Positions 9,322-19,327 of a stretch of DNA of 64,000 nt are shown one piece after another. Position 1 is the first letter of the stretch, and each line of letters begins with the position of its first letter. A program made the translations under genes and the position numbers. Location of the stretch: assembly GCA_965209055.1 (NCBI GenBank), contig OZ242374.1, positions 3,968,001 through 4,032,000 of the forward strand, read 5' to 3'. This DNA comes from Acidobacteriota bacterium. Lineage in GTDB: Bacteria; Acidobacteriota; UBA6911; RPQK01; JAJDTT01. The notes beneath the pieces are model-generated. The model had not been told where the DNA came from, searched no databases, and saw only the letters and a program-made list of their open reading frames with translations.

Positions 9322-12111
9322 GTGAGGTTGAACGCCGGTTGTCCTGCCTGTGTGGTCTGTTTAGTCGTTCTATTTTCCCCCGTATCATCACTTCCGGCGA
9401 TCGCCGAAAATACTGGCAAGCAGAAAGAACGATGCCTTGAGGTCCAGGTTCTGGATCCTTCGTCCGCGACGATGCAAGGCGCCACGGTCACCATCGGGGA
9501 TCGGGAGGAGAGAACCGGCGACTCGGGTATTGCCTCCTTCTGTGGACTCGGCGCCGGGCCCCACTGGGTCATCGTGTCGGCGGCGAATTTTCAGGTCGAC
9601 GAAGGCTCTGTGGACCTGTCGGAGGGTCGGGTCACCATTATCCTCCAAGCCCGGCTGGAGACGGAACAGGTGGTGGTCGTCGGCAGCCGCGCGCAGCCGC
9701 GGTCGGTGACGAAATCCCCGGTTCCCATCGACGCCATTCCATTTCGCGATGTCATGAGCCAGGGAGCGACCACGCTCGACTATCAGCTGCGGAACCTGGT
9801 CCCTTCATTCAACGTCGCCACGCACCCGATCAGTGGCGCCGCCTCGCTCGTGCGACCTGCAAGCCTGCGCAACCTTGCCCACGACCATACGCTCGTGCTG
9901 GTGAACGGCAAGCGCCGCCACCGCTCGGCGATATTGGTCTGGTTCGGTGGCGTCACGGACGGCACGCAGGGATCGGATATCTCGACCATACCGTCGATCG
10001 CCCTGCGCCAGGTGGAGGTGCTGCGCGACGGCGCCTCAGCGCAGTACGGATCCGATGCCATCGCCGGCGTCCTGAATTTCCTGCTCAAGGATGCCCGCGA
10101 GGGTGGCAGCGTGGAGTTCAACACCGGAACCTATCGCGCGGGCGACGGCGATGCCTACAACGTCGCCGGCAATGTCGGACTGCCGCTCGGCGACAACGGC
10201 TTCGCCAACCTCAGCCTGGAGTATGGCAACGCCGATCCGACCGACCGCAGTGTCCAGCGCGCCGACGCGGCAGCGCTCATTGCGGCTGGCAACACCTCGG
10301 TGGCTGACCCGGCGCAGCCGTGGGGAAACACGACTAATGAGGACGACCTCAAGCTTTTCGTCAATTTCGGCCATCTGCACGCCAGCGGACTGCAGTTCTA
10401 CGGTCACGCCAACTACGCGAACAAGACGTCGACGCAGGGATTCTACTTTCGGAACCCGAATACTCGGGCCAACATCTTCAGTCTCGACGGTGGCCAGACG
10501 CTGCTGGTCGGGGACGTGCTCGATGCGCGCGACGGCGTCCGCGACGGCTCAGCCGGCTGTCCCACCGTGAAAATCACCGGCCACACGCCGGATCAGGCGG
10601 CCTTGGCGCGGGTGTTCGCCGACCCGAACTGCTTTTCCTTTCAGGAGATCGCCCCGGGCGGGTTCACCCCGTCCTACAGCGGAGTGATCACCGACCTGTC
10701 GTCGGTCGCCGGCCTGCGCCGCACCGCGGCCAACGGCCTGACCTGGGACGTCAGCGCGAGCTATGGCGCCCACCAGGCGGACTTCTTTCTTTTCAACACC
10801 GTCAACGCGTCGCTAGGTCCCGAAACCCCGCGCGATTTCGATCCCGGACTCTATCGGCAGGAGGAGGTCAATCTCAATCTCGATGTCTCGTATGCCGCCA
10901 CCGATATGGTCCACCTGGCCGGCGGCGCCGAGTGGCGGGACGAGCGTTTCACCATTCGCGCCGGGGAGCGCCCGTCGTGGGAGGTCGGTCCGTTCGCGGC
11001 GCAGGGCTTCGTCTCCGGGTCCAACGGCTTCGCGGGATTTCCGGATTACACGGCCGGTACCTGGACCCGCGCCAATGTTGCCCTCTACGGCGATGTGGAG
11101 CTGGGCAACCCCGACGACCGCTGGACCATCGGCGGCGCTCTACGCGTCGAACGCTTCGACGTATTCGGCGCGACGGCGAACGGCAAGCTGTCGGCCCGCT
11201 ACGGGCTGGGCGGCGCCGTCTCCGTGCGCGGCGGCGTGAGCACGGGGTTCCGTGCCCCCACGCCCGGTCAGCAGAACGCATTCAACGTGCAGTCGACCAT
11301 CAACCCCAAGACCCTGGACCTTGTCGATAGCGCCACCGTGCCGTCTACCTACAGAGCCGCGCAACTGCGGGGTGGCCAGCCGCTTGATCCCGAGACTTCT
11401 ACCAACGCAACGGCCGGTCTCGTGGTCGACACCGGAGCATTTACTCTGACCGCTGACTACTTTCATGTCGCCGTCTCGAACCGCCTTGCGCTGTCACAGA
11501 ACTTCACCCTCGGGGAGGACGAGCGCGCGTTGCTCCTGTCGGAAGGCATCACTTCGGCGCGCACGCTGGCCTTCTTCCGGTTTTTCATCAACGACTTTTC
11601 GACCGGGACCCGGGGGATCGACATCGTTTCGACCTATGCTCCCCCCGGGCTGGGTGGCGACACGGTTTTCAGTCTGGCGCTGAACCACACCGACACGGAG
11701 GTGACGGAAGAGTCGGACCTGCTTAGTCTCGGCGACGTGCTCGCCCTGGAACGGGGCGTACCGGAGACGCGATGGAATGTCGCCGTCAACCATCGCGCCG
11801 GCCGGGTTGGCCTGCTCGGCCGCCTGCACTACTTCGGATCGTGGGTCGATCACCTCGACGCGCGGTCCGCTCGCGGCGCCGCCGCGCAAGTTCTCGGCGG
11901 CCGTTTCATCGTCGACCTGGAGGCCAATATCGCACTGCGCCCGGGCGTGACGCTGGCGGTCGGCGGCCAGAATGTCTTCAACACATTCTCGGACCGGATG
12001 GACCTGTTCGCCGCGCGTTTCGGCCTGCCCTACAGCCAGTTCACGCCGTGGGGCCTGAGCGGCGGTTACTACTACGCCCGACTCAAGTATTCGTGGGGGA
12101 GCAGTTTCTAG
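9322..12111 (+). CDS. TonB-dependent receptor
   Basis: Signal peptide, N-terminal carboxypeptidase-regulatory-like domain, VVVVGSR box, plug (LVLVNGKRRH; EVLRDGASAQYGSDAIAGV), STGFRAP, C-terminal aromatic strand. Confidence 0.93.
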   Translation: MRLNAGCPACVVCLVVLFSPVSSLPAIAENTGKQKERCLEVQVLDPSSATMQGATVTIGDREERTGDSGIASFCGLGAGPHWVIVSAANFQVDEGSVDLSEGRVTIILQARLETEQVVVVGSRAQPRSVTKSPVPIDAIPFRDVMSQGATTLDYQLRNLVPSFNVATHPISGAASLVRPASLRNLAHDHTLVLVNGKRRHRSAILVWFGGVTDGTQGSDISTIPSIALRQVEVLRDGASAQYGSDAIAGVLNFLLKDAREGGSVEFNTGTYRAGDGDAYNVAGNVGLPLGDNGFANLSLEYGNADPTDRSVQRADAAALIAAGNTSVADPAQPWGNTTNEDDLKLFVNFGHLHASGLQFYGHANYANKTSTQGFYFRNPNTRANIFSLDGGQTLLVGDVLDARDGVRDGSAGCPTVKITGHTPDQAALARVFADPNCFSFQEIAPGGFTPSYSGVITDLSSVAGLRRTAANGLTWDVSASYGAHQADFFLFNTVNASLGPETPRDFDPGLYRQEEVNLNLDVSYAATDMVHLAGGAEWRDERFTIRAGERPSWEVGPFAAQGFVSGSNGFAGFPDYTAGTWTRANVALYGDVELGNPDDRWTIGGALRVERFDVFGATANGKLSARYGLGGAVSVRGGVSTGFRAPTPGQQNAFNVQSTINPKTLDLVDSATVPSTYRAAQLRGGQPLDPETSTNATAGLVVDTGAFTLTADYFHVAVSNRLALSQNFTLGEDERALLLSEGITSARTLAFFRFFINDFSTGTRGIDIVSTYAPPGLGGDTVFSLALNHTDTEVTEESDLLSLGDVLALERGVPETRWNVAVNHRAGRVGLLGRLHYFGSWVDHLDARSARGAAAQVLGGRFIVDLEANIALRPGVTLAVGGQNVFNTFSDRMDLFAARFGLPYSQFTPWGLSGGYYYARLKYSWGSSF

Positions 12112-12120
12112 CTTGCAAAC

Positions 12121-12963
12121 TCAGTCCTCCCACGGAACCGGATCGACCACATACCGGCCCTCTTGGCGGCTCATGACGCCGGCCACCACGTCGGGATCAT
12201 GGTCGAAGAGCAGGAGCCACTTTTCCGCCGCCGCCCGGGAGTAGATACGTTTTCTGGTTTCGAGAGTGGTCAGCGGGAAGAGATCGTAGCCCATGATCCA
12301 GGGAAGCGGCACGTGGGCCGTGGTGGCGCAGAGGTCCCCCAGGAAGAAGACGGTCCCGCCGCCGGACCGGACCTTGACCGAGTGGTGTCCGGGGGTGTGG
12401 CCGGGAGTATGGACCAGCGAGACGCCCGGGACGATCTCCTGCTCTCCGTCGACGAGCCGGAGTTGATTCGCCTCCTGGAGCGGCAGCCAGTTCTCGGACC
12501 GGTAGGAGACCGCCGTCCTCTCGTTCCGGCCGGTTGCCGTCAGGTAGTCTTCCCGCGCCACGATGCAGGTGGCGTTGGGAAAGTTGGGCACCACCGCCTC
12601 ACCCTCCCGGCGGGTGTTGCCTCCGCAATGGTCGAAATGGAGATGGGTGTTGATCACCAGGTCGACGTCCGCCGGCTCCATTCCAAGGCGCCCCAATCGG
12701 GCGACAATGTCCGGCTCCTCGCCGACGCCGTAGATCTCCTGCTCCTTGGGGGAGTGTTTCCGTCCGGCGCCGGTGTCCACCAAAATGGCTTCGTGTGGCG
12801 TGCGGATCAGGAGGCAGTTGAGTCCCAGACGAACCCGGTTGCGGTCGTCCGGACGCAGCTTCCGTTCCCAGAGGACTCTGGGCACGATCCCGAATACGGC
12901 GCCGCCGTCCAAGCGGATGGAACCGTCGGAGATGTGGTTGAGTTGGAACCTTCCCAGCCTCAT
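12121..12963 (-). CDS. MBL fold metallo-hydrolase (YtnP-like)
   Basis: LDGGAVFGIVPRVLW, THLHFDHCGG, PGHTPGH, WIMGYD; ATGA overlap with mce. Confidence 0.92.
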   Translation of the reverse strand: MRLGRFQLNHISDGSIRLDGGAVFGIVPRVLWERKLRPDDRNRVRLGLNCLLIRTPHEAILVDTGAGRKHSPKEQEIYGVGEEPDIVARLGRLGMEPADVDLVINTHLHFDHCGGNTRREGEAVVPNFPNATCIVAREDYLTATGRNERTAVSYRSENWLPLQEANQLRLVDGEQEIVPGVSLVHTPGHTPGHHSVKVRSGGGTVFFLGDLCATTAHVPLPWIMGYDLFPLTTLETRKRIYSRAAAEKWLLLFDHDPDVVAGVMSRQEGRYVVDPVPWED

Positions 12964-13373
12964 TCCTTCGGCGGGACGGGGGCCTGGGTCAGTTCCACCA
13001 GGACGCCGCCGGTGCTGCGCGGATGGATGAAGGCGATGAGGCGGCCTTCGGCCCCGGTACGCGGAACCTCGTCGATCAGGACCACGTTCCGTTCCCTCAA
13101 CCGCCTGAGATCTTCGCGGAGATCGTCGACTTCGAAGGCGATGTGATGGATGCCTTCTCCTCGTTTCTCCACGAAGCGGGAGATGACCGAGTCGGGTTCG
13201 GTCCCCTCCAACAATTCCACGGCCGTGTCTCCCACCGGCAGGATCGCTGCCCGGACCTTCTGGTCCGCGACGGTTTCGGTGGATTCCACTTCCAAGCCGA
13301 GGTCTTCGTAAAGGCGGGAGAGAGACTTCAGAGAGCGGGTGGCGATCCCCACGTGGGCCAGTCTTCGAATCAC
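12960..13373 (-). CDS. mce: Methylmalonyl-CoA epimerase
   Basis: HVGIAT, VELLE, GEGIHHIAFEV, FIHPRSTGGVLVEL. Confidence 0.93.
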   Translation of the reverse strand: MIRRLAHVGIATRSLKSLSRLYEDLGLEVESTETVADQKVRAAILPVGDTAVELLEGTEPDSVISRFVEKRGEGIHHIAFEVDDLREDLRRLRERNVVLIDEVPRTGAEGRLIAFIHPRSTGGVLVELTQAPVPPKE

Positions 13374-13375
13374 TT

Positions 13376-14335
13376 TCAGGACCTCGATCCCGATCGCTCA
13401 AAGATGCGATCCACCAGAGTATAGGGGTCCACCTCCCGATTGGCCATTTGCCGCGCCCATCGATCCAGTTCTTCCGATCCCAGGTCGTCCACGACTCGCT
13501 CGGCCACTCGGTCACGGATCATCTCAAGGACTTTCTGCCGGTAGAGGAAGACCCGTCGCTTGGAGGCCGTCTCGCGGCTGGTGAATCGCCGGAACGTTTC
13601 CACGGCTTCGGCCACCTCTTCGATTCCCTGGTCCCGTGTGGCCACGGTCTGAACGATGGGAGGGTCCCATCCGTCGTCACGAGCCGCCAGGGAGAGGACG
13701 GCGCGCAGTTCCCGCTCCGTCTTCATGGCTTCGGGGCGATCCGCCTTGTTGATGACGAAGATGTCTCCGATTTCCATGATTCCGGCCTTGATGCTCTGGA
13801 TCTCGTCTCCCATGCCCGGGACCAAAAGGACCAGGACCACCTCGGCGGTCCGCACCACGTCGACCTCGTCCTGACCCACCCCTACCGTCTCTACCATCAG
13901 CCGCTTGAAGCCCCCCGCGGCCAGCACCACCAGGGCGTCGTCCACGGCGCTGGAGAGCCCTCCCAAGCGTCCCCGGGTGGCCATGCTGCGGATGAAGACC
14001 CCCGGGTCGGTGAACAGATTCTGCATTCGAACCCGATCCCCCAACAGGGCGCCTCCCGAGAAGGGGGATGTCGGGTCCACGGCTACGATCCCCACCTTCT
14101 CGCCGGCGCCGCGATAGTGACGGGCCAGCGCCTCCACCAGCGTGCTTTTCCCGGAGCCGGGACTCCCGGTGATCCCGGTCACCCAGGAGCCGTCGGTCAG
14201 GGGAAAGAGAGACTTGAGCAGGCTTCGGGTCGCATGCGTCGGGGAATTCTCGACTTCGGAAAGGATGCGGGCGAGTTGACGGATGTCACCGCGGCAGATG
14301 TCGCGGATCTCGTCCAGTCGTTCCGGGTCGTTCAC
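13376..14335 (-). CDS. meaB: Methylmalonyl-CoA mutase-associated GTPase MeaB/ArgK
   Basis: GITGSPGSGKST, VDPTSPFSGGALLGDRVRM, ETVGVGQDE, INKAD. Confidence 0.95.
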   Translation of the reverse strand: MNDPERLDEIRDICRGDIRQLARILSEVENSPTHATRSLLKSLFPLTDGSWVTGITGSPGSGKSTLVEALARHYRGAGEKVGIVAVDPTSPFSGGALLGDRVRMQNLFTDPGVFIRSMATRGRLGGLSSAVDDALVVLAAGGFKRLMVETVGVGQDEVDVVRTAEVVLVLLVPGMGDEIQSIKAGIMEIGDIFVINKADRPEAMKTERELRAVLSLAARDDGWDPPIVQTVATRDQGIEEVAEAVETFRRFTSRETASKRRVFLYRQKVLEMIRDRVAERVVDDLGSEELDRWARQMANREVDPYTLVDRIFERSGSRS

Positions 14336-14357
14336 CTTCTTGATCCGCGGCGATGAC

Positions 14358-15446
14358 TCAGCCGTATCGTTGGCGCAGAATACGTGCCCCGTGGCACATG
14401 GCCTTGAGCTTCAGGTAGGCCTCGTCCAGGTCCATGGGATTGAGACTGGAGGGGGCGAATCCACAGTCGGGATTCAGGGTGATCCGTTCCGGGGGGACGT
14501 ACTCCATAGCCTGCTCGACCCGGCCGACCACTTCCCCGGGTGTCTCCACATGCGGGTCGGTGTGGTCGATCACCCCCAGCCCCAGGAGCTTGTCCGTGGG
14601 GAATCGCCTGAGGCTCTCGATGCTTCCGGCATCCGGGGTGGCGAACTCCATGGCGATTCGATCCACGTTCATCTCTCCCAGCGCGTCCATGATGAGGTGG
14701 TAGGGACCGCGGGTGGAGTGGGCGCGATTGAAATGGGCGTGGCAGAGATGGACGCTGATGAACGCGCCCTCGAATCCGCTCACCGTCGCATTGAAACACT
14801 CGACGCAAAGGGAGATCTCCTGCTCAAGATCGACGATATTTTCACGCTCCCGATAATCGGGGTCCACCAGCAGCGCCAACCAAGGGTCGTCCAGTTGAAT
14901 GGCATCGACCCCGATGGCCATGAGTTCCCTGATCTCGCGGCGCAGGAAGGGAATGCAGGCCCGCATGAAGGCTTCCCGGGTGGGATATGCCCCGGTCGAA
15001 AAACGGGGGTCCCACATCCGGCGGCCCAAGGTGTACGCGGAAGGAATGGCGGCGAGAACCCTGCGGTCCGTGTGCTCGCGGACGAAGCGGATCTCGTCCC
15101 CGGCGATGAATCGGTGCGCCTTCATCTCCGAGACCACCGACGGATATCGGAGCTGGGGGAAATCGGTGGCTCCCGCCGAGACCGTATCGATTTCGAAGCC
15201 GGAAACCGATTCGGAGAAGACCTTCATGTAGCTCTCGCGGCGCCACTCGCCGTCGGAGACGTAGTCGAGTCCGGCCCGTTCCTGCATCTTCAGGTTCGAC
15301 GGGATGGCTTCGTCGAGCAGCCGGTCCGTCTCAGTGGCAGCGATGAGCCCCGCCTTCCGGTCTTCGATCAACTCGCGAATCCACGCAGGCCGGGGGAGGC
15401 TCCCGACCACGAAGGTGGGGAAGGGGTGGGGAATCGTTTCCGTCAT
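14358..15446 (-). CDS. Cobalamin-independent methionine synthase II family (MetE C-terminal-only) protein
   Basis: VGSLPRP, SDGEWRR, IQLDDP, HLCH zinc motif, LNPDCGF. Confidence 0.88.
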   Translation of the reverse strand: MTETIPHPFPTFVVGSLPRPAWIRELIEDRKAGLIAATETDRLLDEAIPSNLKMQERAGLDYVSDGEWRRESYMKVFSESVSGFEIDTVSAGATDFPQLRYPSVVSEMKAHRFIAGDEIRFVREHTDRRVLAAIPSAYTLGRRMWDPRFSTGAYPTREAFMRACIPFLRREIRELMAIGVDAIQLDDPWLALLVDPDYRERENIVDLEQEISLCVECFNATVSGFEGAFISVHLCHAHFNRAHSTRGPYHLIMDALGEMNVDRIAMEFATPDAGSIESLRRFPTDKLLGLGVIDHTDPHVETPGEVVGRVEQAMEYVPPERITLNPDCGFAPSSLNPMDLDEAYLKLKAMCHGARILRQRYG

Positions 15447-15630
15447 GCCGCGTTCACTCCCGGGTGGCCGGCTGGCCCGGAAGTTCGTTCGGAACCTCGG
15501 GGGGGCCTGCCGGCGCCCAGTCTACTACGAGCCGGTGCGGCAAGTCGGAGAACCGGTGGGATCCGGTCAGGCCGGTCCGAATGCGGGACGCGGGTTGAGC
15601 GTCACGTCCGCATCTGTTAAACCGGGACCC

Positions 15631-16296
15631 ATGAGTTCTCCACGGAGCCTCGTTGCCGGCGGTTGTTTGGCGGTTCTCGTCCTGGTGTCCTTTCTGCAAG
15701 CTGAGACAGGTGACGCCATTGCGGTCGAGATCTCGCCCGGCCGGATGCAGGTCGAGGCGCCCGATTGTCTCACCCTCCTCTTCAACCGTATGACGCCGGT
15801 TCCGGTCCGTATGACAAACCGGACCGGGAAGGACGTCGAGCTTAATATCACGACACGTTCCGACGTCCTGGGCCTGGTTCCGTTTCGGGGAGAGGTTTCG
15901 GCCGGGGGCAACGGGGAAGGAGAGGAGTTGGTCCTGATTCCGCTGATGGCGGGAGAGTGGGATGACGACCTGATTCTGACGTCCGGGGACCGGACCCGGT
16001 CTTGGACGCAGCGATTCTGTGTATTGCCGCCGGCCCGATTGCACGCGCGGGTCCGCGATTCGAATGACCGGGTGGTGCCGGCCCGGGTCCGGGTGACCGG
16101 TGCGGACGGACGCGAATACACGCCGGACGGCCATGACTCGGGTGAGTTCCGGACGGAGGGGCTCTTCGAGTTGCTGGTCCCGGCCGGCGCCGCCACGATT
16201 TCCGTCCGTTCCGCAGATGGAGACGCTCCGGCGCGCAAGACACAAGTCGATCTTCCCGTTAACCGCACCGTATTCGTCGAACTTGCTCTCCCATGA
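15631..16296 (+). CDS. Exported protein resembling the non-catalytic N-terminal domains of CehA/McbA hydrolases
   Basis: Signal peptide from ATG 15631; VPARVRVTGADG...FELLVPAG motif; ATGA overlap with next gene. Confidence 0.65.
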   Translation: MSSPRSLVAGGCLAVLVLVSFLQAETGDAIAVEISPGRMQVEAPDCLTLLFNRMTPVPVRMTNRTGKDVELNITTRSDVLGLVPFRGEVSAGGNGEGEELVLIPLMAGEWDDDLILTSGDRTRSWTQRFCVLPPARLHARVRDSNDRVVPARVRVTGADGREYTPDGHDSGEFRTEGLFELLVPAGAATISVRSADGDAPARKTQVDLPVNRTVFVELALP

Positions 16297-18437
16297 GAGT
16301 CCTCCGCATCGTCTGGATTCTGTCGATCCTGGCCCCGGTTTCTCTCGTAGCAGCGGGGCGCGCCTGGAATCCCTACGGGCTGAGCGAGGATGAAGTGGAT
16401 GCCCTGCGCGTCCGGCATCCGGCCCTCCGGGAGTTCGCCGAGTTCTTTACGGCGCTGCTTCGTTATGAGGATGCTCCTCGGGACGAGAACCTCGCCGTTT
16501 ACCGTCCGATCCGGCGACTGGCCATGCGGCGCAGGACGGTTCGAGGCTCCGGGTCTCCCGAGGCGCAGGATGGGATCCAAGACCAGGTCAGCCAGGCTCT
16601 CTGGCGCCTGACCTCACCCGAATTGACGCGAATCGACCTCAACCCGGAGGTCCTCCTGACCCCTTCCGCCCGGGTGCCCGTCTTCACCGTGGGGCTGGAG
16701 AACCGGGTTCTGCTCCTGCTTCGCAACAACGGCAGGAATCCGGTGGAGTTGAGTCTGTCCCCCAACGGCGGCATGCTTCATTTTCCGCCTCGCGAGGCGT
16801 CTCTGGCTCCGGGACAGGTGACGGGAATACAGCTTCGGATCTGGGGAATGGGCGGCGACTCGCTGGGCCTGCGGCTGAACGTCCAAGGGACCACGGCCGA
16901 ACTCTCATTGCCGATTCATTGGCGTGAGGCGGCCCGTTTGGATCTGACCGTCAGAACTCACGACCGCGCCGGTTTCCTTCCTGCCCGGGTCTACGTGGTG
17001 GGGGCGGATCGCTTGGCGCGAGGCCCCGCGGGGACTTTTCTGAGGAGCACCTGGACCGAAGGGCACCAATATTTCCATACCCGGGGAGCCAGTCATTTGG
17101 TCCTGCCCTCGGGACCGGCTCGCCTCCTTGTGGTTCATGGATTCGAACACGCTCCCGTGACCATGAACGTGGATTTGGAGCCGGGAAGCAATCAGGTGGA
17201 GGTCATCCCTCAACCGGGGATCGATTGTGCCTCTCGGGGATGGTATTCGGGAGACATCCATATCCACCTCAATCTGGTCCACAAGACGCTGGACCAACTG
17301 GTCTCGACTCAGGACGCGCTTCTGCAGGCAGAGGCCGAAGACCTGGATGTTTCCAATTTGCTGGTCTGCAACTCGCTGGGCTCCATCACGTTCGATCGCA
17401 ACCGCTTCACCGGGTCGCTCCATCCACTATCGACGGTGGACCGGATTCTGTATTGGAACGAGGAGGTTCGGGCTGCCCTCTACGGTCACTTTGCCGCACT
17501 CAACCTCAAGACATTCCTGGAGCCCAACTTCACCGGGTTTCGGAACACCGACCACGCGTTCGACTATCCTTCCAACACCATTCAGGCCCGGAAAGGGAGG
17601 GAACAGGGGGCCGGGATCTTCTACGTTCATCCGGTCCACAATCCGGAGGCCAACGATCTGGCCGGGTCCAGCGCCAAGGCGGTTCCCGTGGACGCGGCGT
17701 TGGGCCTTGTCGACGGACTGGAGATCCTGGGGTACGGGCATCTCGCCGCCTCCCTGCGCCTCTACTACCGGTTGTTGAACTGTGGTTTCCGGTTGGCGGC
17801 CGCGGCCGGCACCGACGCCTTCAACAACATCCGGCGCCACAAGGTCATCGGCGGCGACCGCGTCTACGTGCATACGGGGGGCGTCTTCAACTATGACTCC
17901 TGGGTTCAGGGGCTCAAGGCGGGTCGAAGCTTCGTGACCAACAGCCCCCTCCTGTTCTTCGAGGTCGACGGCCGCTTGCCGGGATCGGAACTGGAATTGG
18001 ATGGGCCGGACCGGGTTCAGGTTCAGGTGGAAGCTCATTCCCATGCTCCCATGGATCGACTCGAGCTGGTCTTCAACGGGAAGCCGGTCCACACGGTGAA
18101 GGCTTCGGGAAACGGGAACCATCTGCTCTTTCGGGGCTCGCTTCCCATCACCGGGAGCGGGTGGCTGGCTGCGCGGATCCAGGGTGGTCCTCACCGTCTG
18201 GCCGTCAACAACACGGACCTGTTTGCCCATACGACCCCCGTGTACCTGACCGTGGGGGGCAAGCCGTATGCGGATCCCGATTCCGTGGCCCACTTTTTAC
18301 GCTGGATCGGAGATCTGCGGAAGCGGGCGCTGTCCGAGGGATTGTTCCAGGAACCGATCCAGAAGCGCGAAGTCCTGGATCAATTCCGGCGGGCCGAAGC
18401 GGTCTACCGGCAGAAGCTGGTTCAGGTCGAGGAATAA
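16293..18437 (+). CDS. CehA/McbA family (PHP-like) metallohydrolase, exported
   Basis: Signal peptide; GWYSGDIHIH, YVHP, YYRLLNCG, AGTDA, GRSFVTNSP, FAHTTPVY. Confidence 0.88.
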   Translation: MRVLRIVWILSILAPVSLVAAGRAWNPYGLSEDEVDALRVRHPALREFAEFFTALLRYEDAPRDENLAVYRPIRRLAMRRRTVRGSGSPEAQDGIQDQVSQALWRLTSPELTRIDLNPEVLLTPSARVPVFTVGLENRVLLLLRNNGRNPVELSLSPNGGMLHFPPREASLAPGQVTGIQLRIWGMGGDSLGLRLNVQGTTAELSLPIHWREAARLDLTVRTHDRAGFLPARVYVVGADRLARGPAGTFLRSTWTEGHQYFHTRGASHLVLPSGPARLLVVHGFEHAPVTMNVDLEPGSNQVEVIPQPGIDCASRGWYSGDIHIHLNLVHKTLDQLVSTQDALLQAEAEDLDVSNLLVCNSLGSITFDRNRFTGSLHPLSTVDRILYWNEEVRAALYGHFAALNLKTFLEPNFTGFRNTDHAFDYPSNTIQARKGREQGAGIFYVHPVHNPEANDLAGSSAKAVPVDAALGLVDGLEILGYGHLAASLRLYYRLLNCGFRLAAAAGTDAFNNIRRHKVIGGDRVYVHTGGVFNYDSWVQGLKAGRSFVTNSPLLFFEVDGRLPGSELELDGPDRVQVQVEAHSHAPMDRLELVFNGKPVHTVKASGNGNHLLFRGSLPITGSGWLAARIQGGPHRLAVNNTDLFAHTTPVYLTVGGKPYADPDSVAHFLRWIGDLRKRALSEGLFQEPIQKREVLDQFRRAEAVYRQKLVQVEE

Positions 18438-18441
18438 ACGA

Positions 18442-19278
18442 CTATTCGGGAGCCGGCTCAGGCTCCTGGCTCGAGTTGGGAGGCGCCTCCGGCACCGGTT
18501 CCGGCTGCGATTCCGGCTGCGATTCCGGCTCGCCGACGACCTCGCCGAACTTGATTGAGGTCCCCACCTCGTACTTCTTGAAATCGGAATAGGTGATCAG
18601 CTCGCGGATGTGGACGCGGCGGCTCCGCCTGAAGCCTCCCCCGAAAACGAGGATGTCATCCGCCTCGCTCCAAGTCGGGAACCAGTACTTGCCGTCGACC
18701 TGTTGTCGGAGCGTCTCGAAGGCCGGAAACTTGTTGTTGCCCAGGTCCGGGACGGCTTTTCCCTTGGTCATCACGATCTGCAGATCCAGGTCGTCCACCC
18801 AGATTCGTCCCCGGAAGTAGCGCCTGTTGCGGCGGATCCGCTTTGGCTTCACGTCAAACACGTAGCAGTTGAGTTCGTCCACCTGCTCTTGCCCCTTGTA
18901 CTTGATCTCGTATTCGGGAAGGTCCTCGGTGGTCAGCGCAAAGGGTTGCAGGTTGAGGGCGTCGTCCAGATCTTCCCGGGTCAGTATGACTGACTCCAGC
19001 CTGCCCCGGTCGTAAACGATGCGGTGTTGGCGTTCTCCATCGCTGGTGAAGTAGATCTCGATGGTCATTTCCCGTTGCTCACGCACCCGGCCGGTACGGG
19101 TCAGGACCTGAAAGACGATATCTTGAGTGTATGTGTACTGTTGCCAGACTTCGCGGAATTCCGATTCTTTCTGGGCGAAGCGTTTGATGATGTCCTGGGG
19201 ATCCACCTTCGCTCCGGTCCCGGACCCCGTAGCAAGGAACAAGAGGAACGGAAATATCGGGAATGTTTTCTTCATCAC
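18442..19278 (-). CDS. Conserved exported hypothetical protein (beta-rich, LolA/MucB-like fold suspected)
   Basis: Signal peptide; CYVFDVKPK, FRGRIWVD, YWFPT, YSDFKKY; Pro/Glu-rich tail. Confidence 0.75.
   Translation of the reverse strand: MMKKTFPIFPFLLFLATGSGTGAKVDPQDIIKRFAQKESEFREVWQQYTYTQDIVFQVLTRTGRVREQREMTIEIYFTSDGERQHRIVYDRGRLESVILTREDLDDALNLQPFALTTEDLPEYEIKYKGQEQVDELNCYVFDVKPKRIRRNRRYFRGRIWVDDLDLQIVMTKGKAVPDLGNNKFPAFETLRQQVDGKYWFPTWSEADDILVFGGGFRRSRRVHIRELITYSDFKKYEVGTSIKFGEVVGEPESQPESQPEPVPEAPPNSSQEPEPAPE
18499..18530. repeat. Short 12 bp tandem repeat (TTCCGGCTGCGA x2.7) encoding PESQ tail
   Basis: Direct reading; in-frame within the C-terminal low-complexity tail. Confidence 0.7.
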
Positions 19279-19327
19279 ACCCTATTGGATGCATCGTCGG
19301 CCGAAAAGGGTCTTGATGACTCCCACT

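Noticed and set aside
12964-13515. Apparent fusion extension of the MBL hydrolase (464 aa ORF)
   Set aside because: Out-of-frame overlap with mce and meaB; ATGA-coupled start at 12963 fits better
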